NCBI GenBank assembly: GCA_049322915.1
Contig: JBMOPW010000007.1
Location: 244,246 to 308,245, forward strand
Origin: Candidatus Zhuqueibacterota bacterium
GTDB taxonomy: Bacteria > Zhuqueibacterota > Zhuqueibacteria > Thermofontimicrobiales > Thermofontimicrobiaceae
Length of the DNA stretch: 64,000 nt
Direction: 5' to 3'
In this document: positions 54,546 through 63,788 of the stretch, one piece after another
Layout of the letters: each line of letters begins with the position of its first letter
Position numbering within the stretch: the first letter of the stretch is position 1
The notes under the pieces: generated by a model
What the model saw: only the letters and a program-made list of their open reading frames with translations
Told to the model about the DNA's origin: nothing
Databases searched by the model: none
Made by a program: the position numbers and the translations under genes

Positions 54546-56123
54546 ATGTTTTTAAAGAAGAAAACAATTTTGTTGATGCTGATTTTTTTGTTATTGCCGG
54601 GCGCGGAATTCATCTGGGCCGTTCCGCAGACGGCGCAGCCAGATTCAATAATGAACAGTAATGCCAATACTGCGTTAGATCCAGCAACTCTGACGCAGAT
54701 CAATGGCCTGCAATCCCTCTGGGATATAACGCTCCTGGCTGGATTCTTTCGTTGGTTTATCAACGGGACATTTATTATTGGTATGCTTCTCATTATGTAT
54801 AAAGTCTCGGAGTTGGTCCTGGATTCCAGGCATTCCCGTGATCTGGAGAAATTGAATTTGCGCCGGGCATCGCTGGTAGATGTGATGCGTGTTATTAAGA
54901 ATAACAAGCAAAGTATGTTGAGTCAATTGTTCAAATATATGATGGACCTGTATCAGACCAGACGATCGGCTGAGGGATTCAATAGTGAGATCAGCGATTT
55001 TGTCCAGATCCAGCAGGAGCGATTTCAGGCAGTGCAAACAAAAGTGGCTTTTTTCTCGGAGGCAGCCGGGGCGCTGGGATTGTTAGGTACGGTATGGGGG
55101 ATGTTCATCACCTTCTTTGGCGGGGATCTGGAAAAGCAGAAAATCCTGAGCGGAATGGGTGTGGCCCTGGTTACCACCATTATGGGATTGATTGTGAGCC
55201 TTATTCTCAATTTATTCATGATGCAAACCTTTAGCTATTTCAGAAGACGGATCGATAAAGTTTCGGATCTGGGAAATCAATTCCGGCTGAGATTGCATCA
55301 GTTGGAACAGACCCTGGACAATTCCATTCCTGATAATGGCGAAGATTCCGATAATGGTGATTCAATCAACAAGTCCAATTATGAAATTTCAAAAGCTGTA
55401 ATTGATGCAGTGGATCGACAGCTTAAAAGACCGGATCCAATTTTCGATTTTGTGAGCGATGCGGGCGCGAAGACGGCTGCCGAAAATGGCGGATTTAAAA
55501 TCGTTCCGATTTCAGGTGATAATCAGTCGGTGCGCGTGAATTCACGTCTGGAAAAACCGTTTGTTGTACAAATTTCATCCAACAACGGGAATGGATTATC
55601 GGACCAACCAATCCTTTTTGAAGTCGTGGAAGGTAATGGTAAATTTAGCTCTGGCCGAAAGCAGGAGGAGGTCCTCAGCGATGCCAGTGGATTGGCCCAG
55701 TCGCATCTCATCCTGGGCAGCTTGTCTGGTGAAAATAAAGTGAAAGTGAAAGTGAAAGGCAGTTCCAATTCGGACTTTTATTTCAAGGCATGGGGAGAAC
55801 CAACGGAGCCGGATCAATTGGTCTATGTGTCCGGCAATCATCAAAACGGACCGTGCGGCGCTGAGTTGAAAGAACCTTTTGCGGTGAAAGTCATTGACAA
55901 ATTCAATAATCCGATTCCGGATTGGATCGTATCGTTCAAGGTCGAGGACGGCAAGGGATTTTTCCCTGAGAAAAAGAGCGAGTTTCAGACCCGCACCGAT
56001 CAGAATGGGCTTGCAGAAGTCTACTTTACATTGGGTAAAAAGCCCGGGTTCAATTCGGTGAAGGCATCATTGAAAGGACTGAAGAAATCCAAAATTTATT
56101 TTGAAGCTCTTGGACAGGGATGA
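54546..56123 (+). CDS. MotA/TolQ/ExbB proton-channel protein fused to two C-terminal Ig-like (Big_1-like) repeats
   Basis: LGLLGTVWGM and GMGVALVTT-GL; repeats ISGDNQ...EKPFVV and VSGNHQ...KEPFAV. Confidence 0.85.
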   Translation: MFLKKKTILLMLIFLLLPGAEFIWAVPQTAQPDSIMNSNANTALDPATLTQINGLQSLWDITLLAGFFRWFINGTFIIGMLLIMYKVSELVLDSRHSRDLEKLNLRRASLVDVMRVIKNNKQSMLSQLFKYMMDLYQTRRSAEGFNSEISDFVQIQQERFQAVQTKVAFFSEAAGALGLLGTVWGMFITFFGGDLEKQKILSGMGVALVTTIMGLIVSLILNLFMMQTFSYFRRRIDKVSDLGNQFRLRLHQLEQTLDNSIPDNGEDSDNGDSINKSNYEISKAVIDAVDRQLKRPDPIFDFVSDAGAKTAAENGGFKIVPISGDNQSVRVNSRLEKPFVVQISSNNGNGLSDQPILFEVVEGNGKFSSGRKQEEVLSDASGLAQSHLILGSLSGENKVKVKVKGSSNSDFYFKAWGEPTEPDQLVYVSGNHQNGPCGAELKEPFAVKVIDKFNNPIPDWIVSFKVEDGKGFFPEKKSEFQTRTDQNGLAEVYFTLGKKPGFNSVKASLKGLKKSKIYFEALGQG

Positions 56124-56146
56124 GAGCGCGGGAGAAATACTAATTT

Positions 56147-56560
56147 ATGATGAACCAGGGTGGAGTAATACTTCGACTCATCGATGTCACGCTTCTTTTG
56201 TTGTTCAGTTTTATTTCGGTCAGTGAAATAAGTGAGAGAAGTTTCATTAAACTACCGAAAAGCACTCAGACGTTGCCAACCCTTCCCGATAAAGAGGATC
56301 TATTGGTTGTTGGGATAACGCCGCAGGGGACATTTCTTGTCGAGGACGAAACCCGGGTGCTCAATAATTTTCAGGCTTTGGAAGAGTATATTATCAATAA
56401 GAACAATAAAAATTTACGCGAAAATATTGCAACCCGTGTTCGCATTCGCGCTAACTGGAACACTCACATGAAATACGTGGTCGCGCTGGTCAATTTGTGC
56501 GATAGTCTGAAAATACCCAAAGGTCTGGATGTCGTTCTCAAGGAAGGCAATACATTATAA
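56147..56560 (+). CDS. ExbD/TolR-family protein 1
   Basis: RLIDVTLLLLFSF (conserved TM Asp) and IKLP. Confidence 0.85.
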   Translation: MMNQGGVILRLIDVTLLLLFSFISVSEISERSFIKLPKSTQTLPTLPDKEDLLVVGITPQGTFLVEDETRVLNNFQALEEYIINKNNKNLRENIATRVRIRANWNTHMKYVVALVNLCDSLKIPKGLDVVLKEGNTL

Positions 56561-56576
56561 TGTGTGAGTTATTATC

Positions 56577-56987
56577 ATGGTAAAAGGTGGTTTAATCATT
56601 CGCCTTATTGATGTGGTGTTAATTGTCTTATTCAGTTTTTTGAACATCACTGATATTGACCGTAAAGGTCAAATTAAATTACCGTCGATTGGACCGAGCA
56701 AAAGTCAGAAAGTAGCACAGCAACTTCTGTTTCTCACCATTGAAAACGGGAATACGTTTGTATTAACGGACGGCCAGCAAGCCATTGCCCAATTGGACAG
56801 TCTCCCAAAGCTGGAGCGAATGATAGCAAATCTGAATGACCAGTATAAACTGGAACAACGGCGGATGGTTCTGGTGATTGAGCCAGCTATGGAATCAATC
56901 ATACAGTCCACGATCGACGTCATGGATATCTGTGAGAAATACAATATCCCAAAAAGTGTATCCTATTCAAAAATTGAACTCAATTAG
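56577..56987 (+). CDS. ExbD/TolR-family protein 2
   Basis: RLIDVVLIVLFSF, IKLPS, IDVMD. Confidence 0.85.
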   Translation: MVKGGLIIRLIDVVLIVLFSFLNITDIDRKGQIKLPSIGPSKSQKVAQQLLFLTIENGNTFVLTDGQQAIAQLDSLPKLERMIANLNDQYKLEQRRMVLVIEPAMESIIQSTIDVMDICEKYNIPKSVSYSKIELN

Positions 56988-56999
56988 GTCAGGACGCTC

Positions 57000-58208
57000 A
57001 TGGATTGGATTCTGGAAAAAAGTAGTGAGTTTAATTTCAGAGCAAAGCTCTTGAATTATCGTCGAGTGAGCGAATTGCTCGTTATTATATTCTTGATTGG
57101 AATGTACGTCTATCTGGAACATGCCGCTGTCCCTAATTTTGGGTATCAATTTGCCAGAGCTTATAAAGAGATCGATTGGGTCAAGTTTTCAGAGGATGTG
57201 ATGCCACCGGTGCAGCGACAGATCATCCCAATCCCGACAACTCCCGGCGAAACGACTCTCATGACACCTGAGCTTTCAACTACTCTGACCAAATCGGAGT
57301 GGTCGGAGATATCGGATTTATTAAAAAATGATATCAGTAGTGTTTTGAATTCAAAGGAATCAGCTTCGTTGGTGCAACCGCCTGATGAGAAGTTTGAGTA
57401 TTCTCAACTGAAAAATCTGTATGCGGATCCGTCGATGAAAGAAGGACAAACGAGGGTTCAGGACAATCAGGCAGAATTGCATAAAATCAGTTCTCCGATT
57501 TCACTGCTTTCATCAGTAAAGACGAACGCGAGTCAGGCGAATGAATTACCAATCGACGATTATGATATTGCCATTCCGGTTGATCGGGATCGCTACAGTG
57601 AATCGGATAGACCCCAAATTCTTACAACGACCACCACAGCAGCGACGATTGGAATTCCCTCGACTGGCGCTCCGGGTGTGACAATTGGGAAGTCAGCATT
57701 CGCGTCTAATAGACGTTCGACGATTGGAACGGACAAAGTGATACCTGAGACAGGTCCGGGGGGCGGCCAGGTCAGCAGCAAATACACCACATACGTCAAG
57801 CAAAATATGGCCATCATTATCGACGATCTGATGAAGTGGATGAACAGCAACAAGGGATCATTTAACCGGGTGACTGAAAGTTTTATGATGTATGAAAGCG
57901 GTGACCTCACATCGAAAACTGATTATGTTTATAATGGCCGTAAATTTGAGTTATACTTGCTGTACAAGCCCAATGTGAAAGAGATTCGAATTTGTATGGT
58001 GGAGGGAAATCGTTCTACCATGCTCATAGATGATGGGTTCAAAAAGCAAAGCAATTATCTCAGAACTGGCGATGTCTCACGTGATGGAAATGATTCCATT
58101 GTTTTGTTCAGCACCAGTCAGCATCCGGCCTCCGAACAGATGACAAATGAATTTTATCAGATCTTTCTAATGTGGTGGGAAAAAGCAAAGAAATCCATTG
58201 GCTTGTAA
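57000..58208 (+). CDS. Single-TM protein with long S/T/P-rich linker and C-terminal globular domain (TonB/TolA-like architecture)
   Basis: TM LLVIIFLIGMYVYL, low-complexity middle region, position after the two exbD genes; no recognisable TonB_C motif. Confidence 0.55.
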   Translation: MDWILEKSSEFNFRAKLLNYRRVSELLVIIFLIGMYVYLEHAAVPNFGYQFARAYKEIDWVKFSEDVMPPVQRQIIPIPTTPGETTLMTPELSTTLTKSEWSEISDLLKNDISSVLNSKESASLVQPPDEKFEYSQLKNLYADPSMKEGQTRVQDNQAELHKISSPISLLSSVKTNASQANELPIDDYDIAIPVDRDRYSESDRPQILTTTTTAATIGIPSTGAPGVTIGKSAFASNRRSTIGTDKVIPETGPGGGQVSSKYTTYVKQNMAIIIDDLMKWMNSNKGSFNRVTESFMMYESGDLTSKTDYVYNGRKFELYLLYKPNVKEIRICMVEGNRSTMLIDDGFKKQSNYLRTGDVSRDGNDSIVLFSTSQHPASEQMTNEFYQIFLMWWEKAKKSIGL

Positions 58209-58285
58209 TTGCGTCGGCAATAATTTGGCTTCAGTATGATGTTCCATTTCGTATCGAACGATTCATACAGGATTGCACGAAAATT

Positions 58286-58963
58286 ATGAAATTAAAATTT
58301 CTCATATTTCTATTATGTTTCTGGGCGATGTATGCGTCAGGGCAGAGCGTCGATAATGGCCAGGGCAAAGTGTCCCAAATTTCTGTGCCGGTTATGAGCA
58401 TCACAGATACTAAATTGATGACCATGTTGATGGATGAATTTTTCATCCCGGAAACATTGGTGACCCGGATGGAGATAATCGATGTGGGGCTCAACGGATT
58501 TGGCGCGCGAGATCTGGTTAAAGTCTACCCTTCAGCCGAAATTTATTTCATCGAATTCATCTCCAATAAAGCCCAGCAAGTAATGAACGACTGGAAGTTT
58601 CGAGCTAATTTTCAAATAGTCACCCAAAATGCGGACGCCAGCGTTTTGTCCAACTACGGCGAAAACAAACCGGCATACAATATTTTCATCTCGTTGCTGA
58701 GGAGCATGGAGCGAAATTACAGTGATTATCCCATCAAAATTAAATTGGAGCGGGATTCTTCCACTGTTAAATTCGAGATGTGGGAATATAACGAAACAAA
58801 GCTGAAGTTCGATCCCCGGTCTACACCCCTGGAGAATGATATTTTGACCAGGCAAGCCAAATCCATTGTCGATAGTACCTACTATGACTGCATTTTTATA
58901 TACAAAACAGTTGTCGATACTGTATACCTACCACAACGCAGATTAGAAACCGTTGCCAAGTGA
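58286..58963 (+). CDS. Exported hypothetical protein
   Basis: MKLKFLIFLLCFWAMYASG signal peptide at ATG 58286. Confidence 0.7.
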   Translation: MKLKFLIFLLCFWAMYASGQSVDNGQGKVSQISVPVMSITDTKLMTMLMDEFFIPETLVTRMEIIDVGLNGFGARDLVKVYPSAEIYFIEFISNKAQQVMNDWKFRANFQIVTQNADASVLSNYGENKPAYNIFISLLRSMERNYSDYPIKIKLERDSSTVKFEMWEYNETKLKFDPRSTPLENDILTRQAKSIVDSTYYDCIFIYKTVVDTVYLPQRRLETVAK

Positions 58964-59529
58964 CGGAGAAAATTTTAGAGCCAAATGAATTGCATCAAAG
59001 GAAGAGCAGGGTGTGATTAAAAACACCCCGAATCAACTGGTGCGATTGTATTTTTAATGAGATACAACTGTCATTTTTAAAGTGCTCAGTTGGAGCGAAA
59101 TTCAGGCGTGTTTGCCAATTGTATTTCGCTATCCAGGGTTCTGTCTGCAAATGACCAATGTAGAAAAGATCGGCTATTATTAAAATCCATGAAACAAACA
59201 TTGTGATTTCGTTGTTTATATTGTACCAAATTCATTGCATGTCAGGCCGAATTGAACGCTGGCAGTGACTCTGTATTTTCGATGCTATCGCATGAAAGAG
59301 AACAGCGCACAGCCATCCATCGAAAGGAGGCGTATCGAGTCTATTTTGGATAGCGAGCCTGGATAGGGACATCAGCGAATTGAGTCGAGATTGCTGATGA
59401 GGTATTCTTTCTGCAAATTTTACTTTGACTTAATTTATCTCGTAGTTGTTAAAGTTATTTAATCAAAGTGACGATTAATAAAATAGGCAACTTGATTGTA
59501 AATAATCTTTAACAAACAATGAGAAAAAT

Positions 59530-60171
59530 ATGGTAGTCATTGAATCCCAATACGCGCTATTCCAGGAAATCGATCATCTCAATACGAACTTCATTCCCGG
59601 AATACATAAAATGAGGCTGACGATTGATACCATATCGTCGGAGGATAATTACAGACGGGCTTATCCAGCCATTGTGAAACAGTTTGTCCACCTTTTCCCT
59701 AGACTGAAGCAACATTCCTGCTGCTATTCGAAAATCGGCCAGAGTGATCTGATTCATGGCGATTTGATTCCCATGATCAACGAAGGAAATTGTATCTTGG
59801 ATATCATCCATATTGTGGAACATGTCATTATTGATTTGCAGTGCTCGTTATCCGGAATGAAAATATGCAGTGGTATTACATGCAATTATAAAGAGCCGAG
59901 AACTCGCTACGATATTTTTGTAGAATGTATCGATCAAAAAGTGGGATTGAGCGCTGCGCTTACGGCAGTGGAAATGGTCCAAAAAATTCTGGCGTGCGAT
60001 TATTTGAAATACCCATTTGACGAATTCATTTCGGTCAATGACCTTCTGCGAGATCAGAGCCCGGAGCAGATTCAACTGAATTCCATCGTGGAAAGCTGTG
60101 AGCCATATATCTTTGATTTTGGTAAAGATTTAATCAGACGAGTGTTAAATTTCTCCATGTCTAAAAATTGA
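59530..60171 (+). CDS. Stand-alone cyanophycin synthetase N-terminal-domain-like protein (HxxEH)
   Basis: FPRLKQHSC...HIVEHVIIDLQ...SG-T...RYDIFVE...VG-AA-AV pattern follows the CphA N-domain. Confidence 0.6.
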   Translation: MVVIESQYALFQEIDHLNTNFIPGIHKMRLTIDTISSEDNYRRAYPAIVKQFVHLFPRLKQHSCCYSKIGQSDLIHGDLIPMINEGNCILDIIHIVEHVIIDLQCSLSGMKICSGITCNYKEPRTRYDIFVECIDQKVGLSAALTAVEMVQKILACDYLKYPFDEFISVNDLLRDQSPEQIQLNSIVESCEPYIFDFGKDLIRRVLNFSMSKN

Positions 60172-60262
60172 CACAAATTTAATATTCAGCTACTGGTGTA
60201 AATAACAAAATTATCCACGCCATAATCTAATATTTTTCATACATAAAAGGTTAAAAAAAACC

Positions 60263-60291
60263 TTGACATACTTTTAAAATATGATTATATT
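60263..60291 (+). promoter_or_regulatory. Putative sigma70 promoter
   Basis: TTGACA-17 bp-TATATT, about 60 bp upstream of ATG 60354. Confidence 0.65.
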
Positions 60292-60353
60292 GGAAATATC
60301 TAAATTTGTAAAGAGTAAAAACCAGATCAGTTGCGATATTGAGAGAAGACTGT

Positions 60354-62420
60354 ATGAGTAATCCATTAGTTTTGGTGGCCGATGGAGACCCCAAAAACCT
60401 CCAGATTCTGAAAGAGAATCTTGAAGCGTCTGGATTCATTGTCATCACTGTTTCCACCGGAAATCGAGCCTGGGAAGAAATACAGCGCACTCCGCCTAAG
60501 CTTATCCTGAGTGAGTTGAATCTTCCTGGCATGACCGGCTATCAATTACTCGAACGGTTACAGGCCGATCCCAATACTGCATCCATTCCTTTGATTTTTT
60601 TAACCAACCAGCGTGAAATTCAGCAGCGAGTCCGCAGTTTCGAATTGGGCGCCAAGGACTATCTCGTAAAACCCCTCCATGTGAAAGAAGTGATCGCTCA
60701 CATCCGAATGGTGTTGCGCCGACTGGAACGCCGCAAGGTAGAACAATTAGAGACATACATGAAATTTTCCGGTCGTCTCGATCAGTTGAATCTCGCCGAT
60801 CTGATTGAGAGTTTCGGCGTGGAGCGAAAGACTGGTGTTTTGACGTTGAGTAATGGACGCCGGACAGGCCAGGTGTATTTCCGCGAAGGAACGGTTGTAA
60901 ACGCCAGCCTCGGTGATGTGAAACTGGAACAAGCTGTCTACCAAATGTTTTCCTGGAAACATGGATTTTTTAACATGGTTTTTCGCGATGTCGATGTGCC
61001 GGACGGCATCTCAATCAGCAACCTGGGCCTGCTGCTTCAAGGCATGAAGCGGATGGAAACCCGCGAAAATTTGATTGCTCAACTCTCTTCGCCGAAAACA
61101 GCTTTTATCATCACTCCGACATTTAAGAACATTGTCGAACGCAAGAAAGTCGGCGATGCAGTCTCCTCATTCATCCAATTGCTGGATGGTAAACGGGATG
61201 TGGAACAAATAATCGACGATAGCGGTGCAGATGACCTGGTGACGCTCAAGAGAATTATACGACTGTATCAACAGGGATTCATCAAAGCGACGATCCCGCC
61301 GGCGAAAAAAGAGGTGACGCAGCAGCAGCCCGTTATTGAGCCGAAGAAAATTGAGCCTCGAAAACCTGTCGAGACCGCTGAGGAGATACTGCGTCGAATG
61401 GAAAAACCTGTAGCGCCTGATGAGGCCACCCCGGCCATTCCGGACGACAACGTGTTTGAAGTCGCTCCTCGCAAAGAGCGTAAAAATTTAGAGGACGAGA
61501 TCAAGCCGATTGTGGAGCGAATTCAGGCGGAGCGCCGGGAAGTCTACATTCCAGAGACTGAAGAAGAATCAGAAGAACAGTTGATTCAGCAGGATGAGCC
61601 ACCGACAACCGGATACGCTCGGTTTGCAGAGGAAGACGTGCAGGACTCATTCCCTGTTTCCCATACAGAAGATGTTCATGCACCTGTAGCCGAAGTCGAA
61701 GAAGAAATTCTGGCCAAGGCTGAAAAGCAGGAAACGTTTGTCGATGAAGAATTGCTGCAACAGCCGATCGAGGAGAATATTGAGGCAGAGCCTGTTGTTA
61801 ATCTTCCAAAGAAAGAAAAAATCCCGGTTGCCATGTCAGATACCAGCCGAACGGTGGCTTCCCGAGCACCTACTGACAGGAATAATATCATGCTCATCAG
61901 CGTCGATGAGGATTGCAAAGATGAGTTGATGGATGTTCTCACCGGGAATAAATTCCAGTCGAAGTCCATCAAAGAGCTGGAAGATTTACGGCTGGAAATT
62001 GGCAAGATTAATTTTGAAAAATTCCCGGCCTATAATCTGATCGCTATTTCTTTGGATAAACAATTTAATATATTCCTGGAGTCGGTTAAAAACAGCATCA
62101 TTGGCAATGTTTTCACATTCGATTGCTCCCGTCAGGAAACCTGGGAATACACAAATTATCTGATCCATTCGATCTGGCATAAATTTAAAATTCCCTATGT
62201 GATTGCAGTCATCAATCTGCATGAGCACAATTCTATTTCCATGGACGTAATTCGGTATCAATTGAATCTCGATATGGATGTGGCGCTCATCGCATGGGAC
62301 CCTGTGGATAAATCCTCGATTCGGAAAGTGATGTCCACAGTGATAAAAGGCGACCTGCGAAAGGAACAAAATAAAACAGCAGTCATGTTGGATTCTTTGG
62401 TAGAAAAAATGATGATGTAA
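60354..62420 (+). CDS. Atypical receiver + DUF4388 (PATAN) + acidic linker + degenerate small-GTPase-like domain
   Basis: LILSELNLP (D to E), GAKDYLVKP, FSGRL-LADLIE-KTGVL, C-terminal IIGNVFTFD/IPYVIAV. Confidence 0.8.
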   Translation: MSNPLVLVADGDPKNLQILKENLEASGFIVITVSTGNRAWEEIQRTPPKLILSELNLPGMTGYQLLERLQADPNTASIPLIFLTNQREIQQRVRSFELGAKDYLVKPLHVKEVIAHIRMVLRRLERRKVEQLETYMKFSGRLDQLNLADLIESFGVERKTGVLTLSNGRRTGQVYFREGTVVNASLGDVKLEQAVYQMFSWKHGFFNMVFRDVDVPDGISISNLGLLLQGMKRMETRENLIAQLSSPKTAFIITPTFKNIVERKKVGDAVSSFIQLLDGKRDVEQIIDDSGADDLVTLKRIIRLYQQGFIKATIPPAKKEVTQQQPVIEPKKIEPRKPVETAEEILRRMEKPVAPDEATPAIPDDNVFEVAPRKERKNLEDEIKPIVERIQAERREVYIPETEEESEEQLIQQDEPPTTGYARFAEEDVQDSFPVSHTEDVHAPVAEVEEEILAKAEKQETFVDEELLQQPIEENIEAEPVVNLPKKEKIPVAMSDTSRTVASRAPTDRNNIMLISVDEDCKDELMDVLTGNKFQSKSIKELEDLRLEIGKINFEKFPAYNLIAISLDKQFNIFLESVKNSIIGNVFTFDCSRQETWEYTNYLIHSIWHKFKIPYVIAVINLHEHNSISMDVIRYQLNLDMDVALIAWDPVDKSSIRKVMSTVIKGDLRKEQNKTAVMLDSLVEKMMM

Positions 62421-62516
62421 TTGCAGCACCTGCTGGCATTGTCTCAGCAGTTAGAAACAGAGAGAGCGCCTTGCGATGCAATTTTCGAATCGCAAGGTTT
62501 TTTACTCAATCAGGTG

Positions 62517-63728
62517 ATGATGAAAAAGACGAGAAAAATTCTGATTGTTGATAGCGACACAAACTACATAATCCCTTTGCGCAACTCGCTATCAAAAGTC
62601 GGTTATGAGGTAGTCTGTTGGGATGACGGACAAAAGGCATTGGAACTGGCGAAGAGTTTTCAGGCGGATATGATTATTTCTGAAGTGGAATTGCCCAAAG
62701 TTTCTGGCCATGTATTATTCAAGGAGTTGCGATCAGTGCCGGCGTGCAAAACTACGCCTTTCATTTTTCTGAGTAGTCAGAAGCGCGTGGATGACCGCAT
62801 TAAAAGTATGGAATTGGGCGTGGACGATTATATCACCAAACCGTTTTACGTGGAAGAAGTGGTCGCTCGCGTCGAAGCCCTGTTCAAGGAAGTGTCGAAA
62901 TTGAATGACGGACACGGTCCATCCGAGAAAGGCTTTTCCGGAAATTTATCCGAAATGAATCTGGTCGATCTGATACAGACGCTGGAACTGGGCAAAAAAT
63001 CGGCAATTTTAAAATTGAAACATAATGCTGCTGTCGGTCTTGTGTATGTCAAAGACGGGGAAGTGATTGATGCATCCTTAGCTGACCTTTCACCGGACAT
63101 GGCGCTGCTGCGCATGTTCACCTGGACGATTGGCAATTTTTTAGTGGACATCGCACCTGTCGAACGCGAAAAACGGGTTCAAACCTCGAATAAGGAACTG
63201 GTCAATATGGGTTTGCGACGCATCAATGAATGGAATCAGATAAAAGAAGGGCTGCCCCCGATCAATTCAGCGGTGATGAAAACTCAGATTAACAGCTACG
63301 ATGAGCTCAGCAACGAAGAACGCGCCATGATTACCAATATCAATGAGAAGAAATTCATTTATGAGATCATCGAAAAGAGTGAATTAGACGATTTAAAGGC
63401 TCTGGAAGTGATGCGGAGCCTGTATCAAAAAGGATATTTGCAGGAGATAGAAGATAGCTCCGTCCCTTATATGGATGACTATGTGACCAAGCTAAAGCAG
63501 AACGTTTCAACCACTCGTTCGACCACAGAGCGCGTGCTTTCCATTGTATCCAACGTTTTCAAAAAGCAGGAGGAGGACAGAGAGGAACAGTTGGATCCGC
63601 AAAATGATAGAAGGCAAATTCCGGATCGCCGGAAAGGAGATCGCCGACGCTTTGATCGCCTGCGGGGAGCGAACCAGATTTATCTGACAAAAACTGAACT
63701 GTTGATGATTCGAGAGCGATTGTCCTGA
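62517..63728 (+). CDS. Atypical receiver + DUF4388 protein with C-terminal DRR repeats
   Basis: MIISEVELP (D to E), GVDDYITKP, FSGNLSEMNLVDLIQ, DRRQIPDRRKGDRRR; likely start ATG 62517 or 62520. Confidence 0.82.
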   Translation: MMKKTRKILIVDSDTNYIIPLRNSLSKVGYEVVCWDDGQKALELAKSFQADMIISEVELPKVSGHVLFKELRSVPACKTTPFIFLSSQKRVDDRIKSMELGVDDYITKPFYVEEVVARVEALFKEVSKLNDGHGPSEKGFSGNLSEMNLVDLIQTLELGKKSAILKLKHNAAVGLVYVKDGEVIDASLADLSPDMALLRMFTWTIGNFLVDIAPVEREKRVQTSNKELVNMGLRRINEWNQIKEGLPPINSAVMKTQINSYDELSNEERAMITNINEKKFIYEIIEKSELDDLKALEVMRSLYQKGYLQEIEDSSVPYMDDYVTKLKQNVSTTRSTTERVLSIVSNVFKKQEEDREEQLDPQNDRRQIPDRRKGDRRRFDRLRGANQIYLTKTELLMIRERLS

Positions 63729-63788
63729 TTGAAGAATGAAAGGTACACGAGTGAGTTGGATTGTTTCTGAAGCAGGGAGGTGTTGCTG

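Noticed and set aside
58964..59529. ncRNA or small gene in the intergenic gap (hairpin CATCAGC...GCTGATG near 59370-59399; 68-aa minus ORF)
   Set aside because: Only an isolated hairpin, no recognisable RNA family, and the ORF lacks supporting features.
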